In this document: positions 41,701 through 53,926 of the stretch, piece by piece
Numbering within the stretch: the stretch's first letter is position 1
Layout: each line of letters opens with the position of its first letter
Assembly: GCA_040954595.2 (NCBI GenBank)
Contig: CM082578.2
Coordinates: 16,997,703-17,061,702, forward strand
Direction of reading: 5' to 3'
DNA length: 64,000 bases
From: Balanoglossus misakiensis
Taxonomy: Eukaryota > Animalia > Hemichordata
The notes under the pieces: model-generated
What the model saw: the letters and a program-made list of their open reading frames with translations, nothing else
What the model was told of the DNA's origin: nothing
Databases searched by the model: none
Translations under genes and position numbers: made by a program

Positions 41701-43421
41701 AAGGTCACATGATTCACTTCTTCACGACTTTCCACTTAAACCATGCACATTCAGTCTGGTGATAGTTTTATGCAACCATGATGATATATTGTATGCAAAA
41801 GGTAAATGTCGGACGGAAACCCATTTTACCGATGTCTGGTCTAATGAGTATCTCCTGAGTATCTCCAGAGATGAGTGGTTGTAGGCGAGTCGTTTTCTTG
41901 ACGACATCACGTTAATTACTGCAGCAGCAGCGCTTTGTAAAGATCGAGTCTTGACAAGAAAGCGAAGAGTACCTCGCGTGAGAAATGCGCTGATTTGCCA
42001 ACAGCATTGTTTGGACACCATTGAGTGCTCAGTAATTACAACCACAGCTTTCATTTTTGAAAATATCACCGCATGTATGCACAGTCAGACATGGGAAGAA
42101 AGCTATCAAATTTAATCAAATTTATATACTAGCAGTATCGTGGCAGAGGGAACATCACTGATGTGAAATAAAAATTCACTGAGGAACACCAGGGAACCTA
42201 CAATTACCATTCCCTTTTCTGAGTATTATCCACACCTCAATTGATACACAGCAATATTTGTTATTGAGGTGATGCAATTATAAAAAAAATAAAAGTAAGA
42301 AACGCATATCATCCACCTGTATTGTATGATTTATTTCTATGTGAGTGATATACATAACTTGAAAATAGATTTATACGTACATTAAAGTGCCCGATATTAT
42401 ATTGTATGCAAGCTTCGTGATAAAAGAAGAAACACGTTTCATCTAGGTATATGATAAAATACGTAAAGTAGACTTGAAAATATATACTATTGTGCATTTC
42501 GTACTAGAACATTTATTTTAACAATGTTAAACTCCAGAATACAACTCTGATGGGCAGATACATGTGTAATCCAATAGGCCTAAAAAGTTGTGTTGGAGGA
42601 TAATTAGCAGTATGCACTGTTTGAGAACTATTACATTACAGCTACGGTACACAGACAAAGTTACATAGCCCAATCTTAGAGAAATCACATAGTTTATTTA
42701 TACTCATGGACATGAATTCACCATTTGTGCATATTCATAGACTGTTTGTGTTTGGGTCTGTGTATACTTAGGCCAGATGATCATTCAAATTCTTTTAAAA
42801 AATGCTCTGTTTGCGGTAGATATACATATTAGACGCCGATTCAGAAATATTTGTTGGTTTACCCTGGGTTGGATACACCTTTAGCATTTGCACTGAATAC
42901 AATAATAACTAAGATAACAGTTGCTATTTATCTATCTGAAAAAACTAAAGATAAAATGTTTATTACTACACATGAAACCTTTCAATAGTTGTATTTGTAT
43001 CGTTCTTAAATAGGGAGAAGGTATAGCAAATAGCGTTGATAAAATGACATTACATTTAAACGTATGAGCATTCACATTTAGATGACCTTGTATCTGCACT
43101 AACCAGATCCATTAAATCCATATATGAAAGCCTTGACTATGATACCCACCGAGTATCAATATTGTGACATTTAACTTATTTGTCCGGTGACCGTGAAAAT
43201 GGCACATCTACATGTTTGCATCCAATACCTCTATGGTACTAGTTCCATAACAGTAGATTGGCTCTCTGTTTGGTCCAAATGACTCAACTCTTAAGTGACA
43301 CGAACAAGGTTATTATAATTGTTACACAGAAGGATCACAAGATTTACTTTACTCATAGTATCAATGTTTGATTTTCTATGATTGAGGCACTCACAAAACG
43401 AGAGAATAAAGGTGTTAACAT

Positions 43422-44477
43422 TCAACATCGAGTCTCTATTTCTTCCGGAGCAGCGCAATTACCATTAGCTCGACTTTGCGCGTCAACTTTGCTGTTGTCT
43501 CTCTTGCCTTTTAAATTGTATACACTGTTACGAATTGCACGCAGGACCGCATTTCTGTACTGTTTGGTGCCGAAATTGAAAATCAGTGAATTGCTAGCAA
43601 AGTTGACAATGATTGACAAGGGGAAATAACTCGCTATGCAAAAGAGCAGGAGGTTGCCATTGACGAGGTGGTAATGGTATGTCAACCTTGAGTAAAGTCC
43701 GATGGAGAAGTAGCAAGTTAGAGGGAGGAAGCATATTATATAGACAATCGTTGTCAGCAGACACATCTTCACGATTTCTTTTTCTTCGGTGTGTCGCCCA
43801 TGCCCGGTGAAACGGTGGGAGCGAAGCACCTCAAAGATTATGAAGGAATAGAGCACGATGGCTAGGAGTATTGGCATGATGGTGAGAAAGCAGAGGAATA
43901 CATGTTTGCCAAGTTTCCAGGCGTCGGTCAGAGTTTTCATGTCACAGACAGCGATCACACAGCCGATACCGAGGCCGAAAAACCAGATGATACGTGTGGC
44001 CAAGGTGCTGCGATATTTTCGCCTGTGGCGTACATTGGCGGTGTGGGGTTCGCGGCAGACCATGGTGTAGCAATCCACTGAAATCACGACGATAAGCAGC
44101 ATCGACGTGCAGACTGACGTCCAGAAAGAGATGTACATGACAAGGTGAATGGCCTCCTGAACTTTCTCTGAAATTTGGTGATCTGCCAAATAGGTGAATG
44201 TCAAAATCTCCTTGACCGAGTTTACGAACAGGAAAACAAATTCAGCTATCGACAGATTAATTAGATAAAAGTTGGCGTCTACCCTCATAGTCTCTTCGCG
44301 AACGAAGGTGAAAATAAAGATGGCGTGTCCCAAAACACCCGACACCAGGAAGGTAAAAAGTAAGCCCAAATATTCTTTATCAGTCATGGCGCATGTTGTC
44401 CGGATAGCTGGGAATTTCAAAGTACTGTTATCGTCCATATAATAACTGCCATTGAAGTAAATGTCGCGGTAATCCAT
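43422..44477 (-). CDS. Divergent rhodopsin-like orphan GPCR, 351 aa, intronless CDS, non-canonical motifs
   Basis: Seven hydrophobic segments: MRVDANFYLINLSIAEF (TM2), ISVDCYTMVC (DRY position), CFLP (TM6), ASNSLIF (NPxxY position), helix-8-like KQYRNAV. A splice acceptor near 44528 lies just upstream of the ATG, as in the first GPCR. Confidence 0.88.
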   Translation of the reverse strand: MDYRDIYFNGSYYMDDNSTLKFPAIRTTCAMTDKEYLGLLFTFLVSGVLGHAIFIFTFVREETMRVDANFYLINLSIAEFVFLFVNSVKEILTFTYLADHQISEKVQEAIHLVMYISFWTSVCTSMLLIVVISVDCYTMVCREPHTANVRHRRKYRSTLATRIIWFFGLGIGCVIAVCDMKTLTDAWKLGKHVFLCFLTIMPILLAIVLYSFIIFEVLRSHRFTGHGRHTEEKEIVKMCLLTTIVYIICFLPLTCYFSIGLYSRLTYHYHLVNGNLLLFCIASYFPLSIIVNFASNSLIFNFGTKQYRNAVLRAIRNSVYNLKGKRDNSKVDAQSRANGNCAAPEEIETRC

Positions 44478-46589
44478 CTCGCTGGTGACAATTGACAGCG
44501 TTTGCTAACACGAGAGTTGCAGCCGGCCTGAAATGTGAAACACAAAAGGAATACATTAGCACCAAAGTGATGTAGACTGGCATTCTGCAAACCTCACAAC
44601 AAGACCGGTGCCATGCCAGTAATACCCAAGACAAGACGCGGCAGTGCACATCCGATCACTTGGAAAGCACTTCCCAATGAAGTGGGCATTATATTACTAG
44701 TTGAACTCCATTTACCCGGTAACGTTAGTGTCCAAAATCAAGTTAGATTTACCAAAGTCATCACAGAACTGTGCAGAGTTAGAGCCTTGTCGATCCGTCT
44801 TGTTAGCACATTTGCAAGGGCATTGCTGACGTCAGAGCGCTGTAGTGCCCTCCAGGTTCCAGAACAGAAAATCATAAGCAATCCCGACAAGCTTTGTGTA
44901 ACGATGATTATTGTGAATATAAGAATACACGCATCACCATCATAAAGACCAGGTCAATTTGTAATCTTTAATAACACAATCAACAAAACAATTAAGATTG
45001 TCAACAGGGATTCAAATGGACACATTTTCCAGTTCTTAAGACTTTTGAGGATTTGCAGCCAAGTCTCATTTTGAAAATTAACTTCATCATGGGTACATAT
45101 CTTTCAGCGATCTTTAATTTGGTGCAGATGTTTCATAAACAACCCAGTATTGGCCAGTAAACGGAAATAGACGTAATTGTTGATGTGCCATCTGTTGAAT
45201 AATTTACCAGCCATCTAGGTATATCCCAAATACATCAGAAATGAACAATATGCAGACATCAGCAGACATAAAAAAAGGTTTAAACTGATTGATAATGATT
45301 AAGCGTTCTAGCAACAGATTTCATATTAGCACTCGCATCAGTCTAACTTGTACATTGTTTTATTAAACCAGCCATAATATCATGGGATACCATTAAGTAA
45401 GAACTTTTCAGAAGACACCATTAACTTGTGGCGTATGCATCAATAACAGCTATCTTAATGGAGACGATTTGACCTCTCTCGCTACTGTGAGTTGCCGACG
45501 GCTGCCATCATTCCACATTTTAAAAAAAATCCATTAATTTATCAGCAATACAGATCCTCTAATACGCTTTATTACAACAACAAATCACTTTGAGTAGTCA
45601 AGCTATATTTTGAATTGCTAAACAGCTATTGGGACATAATGAAAAACACTTCTGCGCAATACCGGATTAGCAAATGGTAATCTGTACATGTTTTCTATTT
45701 TCCACACATGTGTCGACTTATGTACATGTCAGTTTGGCTGGATTTTTGGACATTGGAGATAAGTTGGCAGATTTCTGAATGTCGTCTGCTAGTCTGTACG
45801 AGGAGCATGCTGGGCTAAGCTTGTCTGCTGGCTGACGACAGTGCGTCAGTTAGCTGCAGATTTTTCTGTTATCAACTCATCACCCCAAGGAAACTTACAC
45901 TTCTTAGGAGAGAGAATATAGGGTGGGAATATCAGGTTTGTATAAAGTAAAGGACACCTTTATCCGGTGTCGGGAAATGCCCAGGATAAAATGTTGTCTT
46001 GTTTGGCTGTGTTAACCATGTTCATGTGTCGCATGGAACAGATACAGTGAATAATATTAGAAAATCCATAAGTATATTTTAGACATGTCAAATAAATATC
46101 GAGTAAGAAAAACATTCATTTTCCAGGCAGACCTAGTGTACGGTATAGTGTTGTGCAGTTACATAAATTAATGAAGTTATCACTCATTGGAAATGTTATT
46201 CGAAGACAAAATTTATATGCCATGGGAACATTTGCTTATAAAGGCCTTGGTATATTTCACTTGAACTTGATCATTCCGTAAAAAGAATCACCCGTCTGAA
46301 TGAAAGGAAGTCAGCTGGTAATGAAGGCCTGTAAGTATCCAAGTAAGTCTAAAGTACAAATGTGTTTCTAAAGGACTTTTGAGAGGATATGCAAAAAGAA
46401 AATGGGATGAGAGCAATTATATGTTGTGAAAGGCAGCATTTGATTGTCATTTCCCAATCTGATTTCATAGACCTGTTCTCGAGCACCGCTTTAATTATAC
46501 TGAGGATCAGCTCTCTCTCTCTCTCTCTCTCTATAATGAATTGTGGTCTCCTTAATGGGTTACTTTTCTTATATTCAATGCTTTTTATT

Positions 46590-46775
46590 TAAATTTGGTC
46601 GAGCATGATATCCTTATCACAAACTCTCTATTTACGGCGTGTTAAGGGAAAATTTCTAGATTGGTTTCACTCTTATCTGACAGACGAAAGTCAGTATGTA
46701 CACTACCTTCATTGCTATTTTATGCGCCACCCATCAGAGCTCTATTCTCAGTCCAGTTCTACTTTGTCCACTTCC
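46590..46775 (+). mobile_element. Degenerate LINE (CR1/L2-like) RT fragment
   Basis: Frameshifted translation gives VEHDIL / KLSIYGV / KGKFLDWFHSYLTDESQYV / HQSSILSPVLL, corresponding to the LINE RT motifs VxHxIL..KL..YGIxG..LxWFxSYL..R.QxV and PQGSILGPxLF. Confidence 0.8.
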
Positions 46776-47406
46776 AAAATTAAATTATATGATTTTCACA
46801 AACTCACAAATGAAGGTTCCATCTAAGGTTAGATCATATTGCATACATTTGCTATATTTATTACCACATAATATTAGTAACTGTGCAATCTTTGTATTGA
46901 ATTACTCTATCGATATATTATTGTGCTACTCTCACTTTTCTGAGCATACATGTACTTATAACTTGTTTTTGCATCAAGAAATCAATTTTCCAGAAAAAGA
47001 GGTATATTAACATGTCAAGAGAAAATTGGTTGAGTGTAGGGTTGCAATGTAAAGAATCCCTAGTTATTTTCCCCCAAAAGCATTATACAATGTGTTATCA
47101 CTAAAATTTCTACACAAGAGAACACTCGTTAAAGGTACATGTAGACAGTCACTTCTAATTTGGAGTGACGCACCCATGGCCAACTCTAGCTAACAGATCT
47201 ATAATTATAATCATGCAAATGAGACAGTTGCGAAAATACTACCGTTTTCTTTAGAGATTTTAAACAGCAAGTCACAGATAATATAATTATTGGGTGCAGA
47301 TATGAGCATAGAACCTCTTGAATATTAGCATACTTGGTGGTAATTAATCACATTGATTTCTGTGTTGATAATGTCCGTTGTGTCTGACTATTTCCCTGGG
47401 TGTCTT

Positions 47407-47612
47407 TCATCCCAAATATACGAGATTCTGTCTATCAGTTTATAGCTCCATAATAACACGATAAAGTTTAATGCAACTGAGTTTAATGTCGCTGCCTAAT
47501 ATCCAAGCTCGTCGTTTATCTGTTTTACTCCATTATAACGTATTAAAGTTTTATGCAAGTGGACCATTACTGTCGTTACCAAAAATCCGAGCGCACCGTT
47601 TATCTGTTTACA
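47407..47612 (+). repeat. Diverged tandem repeat, unit of about 83 bp, about 2.5 copies
   Basis: Recurring blocks cc-aa-atccgag...tttatctgttt...ctccat-ataac...taaagttt-atgcaa at about 83-bp spacing. Confidence 0.7.
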
Positions 47613-47709
47613 ACCTTGTGGACATTTGCTTGCTATTTTCAAAACATCTCTTCTTGTTTTTTAGGCAAAAGCTCAGATTTGTCTTTGCTGTGATCGTGTT
47701 GCTGTCTAT

Positions 47710-47822
47710 CTGACTGTCTGTGTATGAGTCTGTTTTTACCTGTCTGTGTGTCTCTCTACCCCCTCTTTCTTTCTCTCTTTTTCTTTCTTTCTCGCTTTCT
47801 GTCTGTCCCCCCCTTCTCTCTC
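47710..47822. repeat. CT/GT-rich low-complexity tract
   Basis: Directly visible. Confidence 0.75.
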
Positions 47823-50343
47823 GATATTCATGTTGTTGCTGATTTTGTGCATTGTCCCCTAGTGAATATGTAGTGACAGGCCTTTAATATATCAATTAGG
47901 CTATTGTAACGAAATTTTGTGTTTTCGATTAGCTCTGCACAATTGAATAAATGCAGGTTTTTAAATGGTAATATATACACAAGCAGCAAATTATTCATTT
48001 GTTTTCTTCCTGGACATTGACCACAAAGGAAAATTATTAACAACATGAGTTGTTTCATGAAATTGAAAGGTGTAACCTTGCGAGAAATGGAATTAAATTA
48101 CTTTGACTTTACTTACAGTAGATCCTAGAGTTTGATTATATATCCATCTCTTCTCGAATTACCCTTCGCGCAGAGAGTCTGACATGTGCATGCACGCATT
48201 CGAAGTAATTGATGCCATACTGTGCCCGCTACCGGATAAACAGTCCATTGCGGTTATCGTGACGTGCGTCACATCACGCTACTGCAGACGTGTAAGTGCA
48301 AGCTTTTTCATCTGTCTACAAATCTTCCAAGGGGAAGTCAACAAGCCAGTCCTGCTATACATTGAGTCATGCCAAAGATTTACATTCGACATGTGTAAGA
48401 GATTGTAATTGGTTAAGAAAACAGTACGTGCCTTTAATTCAAATCAGCCGGCTATCTGAGGCAAATTGCCCACTGGATTAGAAATTCATTAAAGTTGCTA
48501 AATCCATCAGAATTTCTTTCAGCTGTTTAACGACGTCACTTCATAAAGTGTGTCATACAATGTAGCTGCCACATTATTGATTTGGTTCATGTGTTCACAC
48601 ACTGCATCTTCCATGACTTGTATGTATAACGTGGGCGCCTGTCCATTTACTTGGTTCATCAAACGCCGCTCGCTGGAATGGGATGAATTTATTTGAGAGG
48701 TGTAAATAGGAAAGGCCTGCAATGGTTACTTAAATGTCATGTAAAACCCGAGGATTAAAGAGTAGACTAAATTTACTAGCTTTACAAAAATGTTTTATAA
48801 GACTTTAACTTTTGAAGTGCAATATTCTTTATCAAAAGAAGTTGTTTAAAATTGTTATGAAGGTGTAAATAGGATCTAGGAGCATACCCTGCTTTCGTTG
48901 GTGTAAAGACAACGTACAGATTTCTATATGATGCAGCAAGTCCATACGCAAGGCTGCTTTGTTTATTAAACAATCAAATTACGTCTTTGCTAGCGATGTT
49001 ACCACTGCTGAGTGTTCCCATATAAGCTCTGAAAGTGGCTGTCCCCCCAATCGGATATTTACTTGTGGTCCTATTGATCAGGCATGGTAGGTACAATACG
49101 TGTAATTGTTTCCGCTTCTGTGCACACATGCTTTTGACTTCCAGTGCGGCAGTCCTTTTCATTTGTTTACTTTGCACTCCACGTCACAACTGTGTTTAAA
49201 TATCATCCGAGAACCTTTCAAATTGATCACTATGGTTTAGTTTTTTCGGAAACTAATTCAATATACCAATCTAGACTGTGATGCACGCGTTTATCCTTGA
49301 TGAAACTTTAATTGGATTACGGTCAACCCATGTGCTTGTTTTCGTGAGTAATTCCCTTAATGCCACAGTCTCCTGTTTCATTTGAATGATCAAACTTGGT
49401 CAAAATAACAATAGCAAGACGCTTTTCCATCTACTGTTCATCAACAACCCGGTCATAACGATACCGCCAACGTCTTCGAGTCAACGCAATCAGAAGCACA
49501 AATTGAACCGTATCCTTAAAAACGAGGGGCAATTTTCAATCCCTGTTCTCACATTAGCTCTTGTTGACGTTGAATGTTTTTTCTTTTTAACAACTTTATT
49601 ACAGCATGTATTCTTCAAGTAGTTCTTTATAAAACCGACTCTTAAATATTTTCATCACTAGTATTAACCTGTGCTTCATCAATCAAGATACAGAATTTCA
49701 CGCTGTATTGTCACTGATTTAAGTGCATCACCAGTCAAAAGGACAAGTGTGCAGAAAATTTATGACATCAGGCTAAAAAAGTATCAAAATATGTGACCCT
49801 GCCTAATGTTTAGTTAAGTAAAGATTACAGCAACGTGTGACAGTGAAGATGATGGGGTATAATGCCATGCAATTTATGCATGCGCAAATCCAATATCTCG
49901 TTTAGAAGATTGTTTCCAGTCTAGTTCTGTCTATGTATTAGCAAATTACTTTCCTTTATGGTAATGCTAACTGACGCACCAAATTTCCGGTTCAAATACG
50001 GGGTCAACCAGTAGCAGTGAACACATCCAGTTTTTAATGTAATATCAAAGAAGGGTCAGTTCCCATGTTGTTCAAGGCACTTTACAACAAGATTTCTTTT
50101 GCCGACATTATATCAACCATAACTTTGCTTTGCTTCAATTTCAAAACAAGCTAAGCCTCCCGTTTCATGCAGAATGCATCTACCCGCAACTTTCATTTCG
50201 AGAGATGTACAGTAGTATGGGGGGAGGGGAGAAATGAGGCGTTTATTGCGGTTATCGGAAGATTTCTGTTTTTCATGTCACCATTTCAACTCTGTTGGCG
50301 GAAATGAAAGCGGCCGCCACGCTGGCTCTGGCGTTGTGAGAAG

Positions 50344-50417
50344 GCGGCCTGTTGCCATGGAAGGCGTAACGCGAGGAAATCACCTTCTATTAAATCTGTC
50401 ACCATGGCAACAACCGC
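50344..50417. promoter_or_regulatory. GC-rich element with paired RFX X-box-like sites in inverted arrangement
   Basis: GTTGCCATGGAAGG at 50351 and GTCACCATGGCAAC at 50398-50411, inside a CpG-rich island of about 50270-50450. Confidence 0.5.
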
Positions 50418-53400
50418 TACTCTTAGTTTAAACATCCCGGGGCGGAAAAAAAACTGCTACAAACAGGATAGTCTTCTCAGGGACATTGCAGCATAAGCCA
50501 GTTGTCGTTCATTATTCACTTCTGTCCAGGTTGTAAAAATAGTGAATACCGGTACGGTAAAATATGATATAAGTAAATGAAGTGCATACATTCAAGATAT
50601 TTTACAGGTCTGAAATGCAATATTGTATACATTGATTTGAGTTTGTTACTCTTGCTTTAATCACAGGACCGAAACCCTGCATGGTGAAATGGCAAAGATA
50701 TGCCAAAGTTAAATAAGATCTATTCAGTGACTTGTCATTTGTCTTTACGATCAAGAGCGTGAGCATGCAGTAACGTAATTCAGTATTTTATATAACAGAA
50801 GAGACAATTGCTCGAATTGATTGATTATCTTCTGAGTTTAATATAAAGTCCTTTGTCACTTGAACCTACAAATGTTAATCTCAACACGAAAATTTGCATC
50901 GGTGTCTATCTTTGCCAACACTCGGGGAAATACGTTGTTTACGCGTCTGAACTTGTCAGCATGTTAGGTAGACGACATGCTGTGAAGGTACCGCTGCTGG
51001 CAGTGTCATTATGGTCGTAGTTACTTTCCCGATTTCAGATGAGTATTATGGAAAGCCTCCTGCTTGGATATGAGACAGGCATTACGCCAAACTCCCAGCA
51101 TAGATATCAAGCCTGCATTATGCTAAAAGTTAACTCACAGATATCGCACGTCCATTATGAGAAACCTCCGACGTAGATAATAGGCAAGCATTAGTCCTAA
51201 ACTCGTGCCTATATCAGATGGAGAAGGCCAAACTTCCCTCGGGAGTCAAACACGCATGTAGGCAAGAATGGCAATGTTGGAGCGATCTTGCCGTTTTTTG
51301 TGGCATATAAAAGATGGCTTTTCACACTTACATTCAAAATAAAAGAACGCTTTGTCTACAATGAAGTGACCCTATGTTTAGGGAGACCTCCAGAAAGGAC
51401 ATTTCCTGTTGTGTTGTTTTGAGAGTGCCACTTCTGTACCGGTATATTCAAAAACAACACGGTTCTGTGTAACCACAGGCTTCTGTGGTGTACTTGTTCA
51501 GCTTCCCCTTACGTATTACCTGACCTTCAGCTTAAAAGCAACATAGGCGTGACAGCGGTGTATCCGCTGTAAGTCACGCTCTTAGAGAGTGGTTTCCCAG
51601 TTTCGTTTACTTGTTTCATTCACTGACTATAATGACCAGTCTTTATAAGATGTGTAACTGGGCATCCTTGGTTTAGATGATTAGTATAGCCTAGCATGGC
51701 GAAGTCATTCTCCTTTTGTCATTCACGATGGGAATGGGAGCCTTAGGGTCCATGCCTTGTTAATGTTGGAAGCATTGGAATGAATGATTACATTTCCACT
51801 GTCAGAGGTCTTGGCACTCAGAATATAGTCCTGTCTGATTGTTGAACCAGGACATGTTGTTTACATGCGCCTCAGTAGCTTAACGTGAAATGGGTACAAG
51901 TTGGATATTTACCAGTTATAATCCGGTATTGTAGTTGTTGATTTCATTACCGGCATTACGATGCGAGGTTTAGCGCATCATTACTGAATTTCGTCAAGTG
52001 TCGCCAATCGTTTACTGCAAAGCAACATTGTATGCAAAATTCATCAACGCAGCCTGAATCTCAAAGTTTCCCTGTTTGAAGGAAATTGTTGACACAAAGT
52101 TTAGCCTATCTGGACACTTTCAATGGCTCAAAATGGAAAACAATGTGACAATGTTGGAGGGACTGTTGTTTTTTCATTTGCAGTAAAGTTATTTGGCATA
52201 TTTGTATATTGAGATTCCAGTTGATTAGTCATGTGACCAAGTGGCCAGCTTTGGAATAGTTTAACGAATTCAGATCATTACATATTGACAGAAAAACCTC
52301 TGTTGTACACGTCAGGCTAGATTTTTACTTCAATCCTCTATTCGTTCTCCTAATTTGACATCATCTGTTGTCCTGTGATTGGGTCAGCTATACTGGGGTA
52401 GTTATAGTGTATTTTGGAATTGCAGTATTGATGTCAGAACCTATTCGGTAATGCGGTCACGCATACCATCCGCCCACTATGCTTGAAAACATGTTTGTTT
52501 GGGGATAGGGCGGATGTCTGAGTTTAGTACAGGCAGACTATTAGTAGTCAACTACGTGCATTAAACATTGTCTTAGCTTATCAAAAAGATTTTTTTGCCA
52601 GCGATTTACCCTTTTAGAGGTATATGCTGACATTAAGTCCTTGAAATGTACACTGTGTAATCATCATGCATCATTATGGTGTTATTATGATTTAAACAAG
52701 GCATACGTGTAAGTAACGTAAACGGGCGAACTGCGTTGTCGTGGGTTTTAGTATTTAATAGACTGACAGTCAGACCAAAGCATAGGATGTTTCACAAAGA
52801 TTATCAAATTTCTGATATTGCAAACGGCAAATCCTTCATAGGCAAGCAGCTTGGCTGATGTAGCTAATGGCTATAAGAAAACCCTTCACGTCATCTTGAT
52901 GGATGACTTCCAATATTGCGCAGAGGCAATCACCTAATGGAAAGTTACTTACTTCATTGAAACTTGCATAAAATGCAGCTTCCATCATAAGCCTAAGACA
53001 TGCCAGTTTAACATGACGCATTGCATCTTACTGACACACATAACTTTCACACACTTTCGTGACCAGGCTCTTCAATCACGGTAATGGTGTACTATTATTT
53101 TCAGTGGTTAACCTTAAGTTAAATTAGGCGTTTCTATGATAAGTCACAGCAGATTGGACAAGATGTCATTTTACCATTCACACAGTCACACGAGTACTTA
53201 CAAAATTAACTTATGGCGTTTCCAGTTAGCGCACTTGTATTTTCGTTTCGAAAGTGATGGCCCACTAGTTGTTGTCAGAAGATTGACTGGCAGAGAATGG
53301 GCAGGAACGTACACCAAACACTGGAGAGGAACACATTGATAGGTATTTACACTGATGCACTCAGACGTACATGCAAGTTAATGATCTTCTGCAGTTCCTG

Positions 53401-53818
53401 GCAACCATTACTTTGTAACGATACAATCGAATACTGCAGGCGTTTGCAATAAAATGGTATATATCTGAAAGGCTATGAGGCACTTTTGTTTTTTTCATCG
53501 GGGTGAAAATAGCTGGAATAGTTTTGAACTTACGAGGATTGTATCTGAGTAATTCAACAGATAAAGTCTCAAAATAGCGCTGCTGTTGAGATTTCTCTTC
53601 AGTACAAGGAATATTACAAACCACCTGAATCGGGTGAATGAATGTTTTAAAGACTGGTCTGTTCTAAAATGGAAAGTGCTTTTATACTCACATAGGAGAG
53701 GGTAGTAGATGATTATTATTTACCAGAAATCTCCTATTGCATTTAATATTTAGCGTGGTATGTTTTGCTCACCAGTGCAGAAAAGAACTGTTTTAAAGTC
53801 CTTGTGTGATGATAGTAT

Positions 53819-53819
<1 letters not shown>

Positions 53820-53854
<35 letters not shown>

Positions 53855-53926
53855 TGACAGAGACAGTGACAGTGACAGAGACAGAGAGAGGGGAGAGAGT
53901 GATGAAAGAGAGAAGAAAGAGAGAAA
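53820..53926. repeat. Compound (GT)n(GA)n(GACAGT)n simple repeat
   Basis: Directly visible. Confidence 0.9.

Noticed and set aside
41722-42069. 115-aa minus-strand ORF downstream of the second GPCR
   Set aside because: No GPCR or other motif, so it is probably 3' UTR or intergenic sequence.
49950-50010. GGTTCAAAT B-box/T-loop-like word followed by CCA
   Set aside because: No cloverleaf or acceptor stem could be built, so it is not called as tRNA or SINE.
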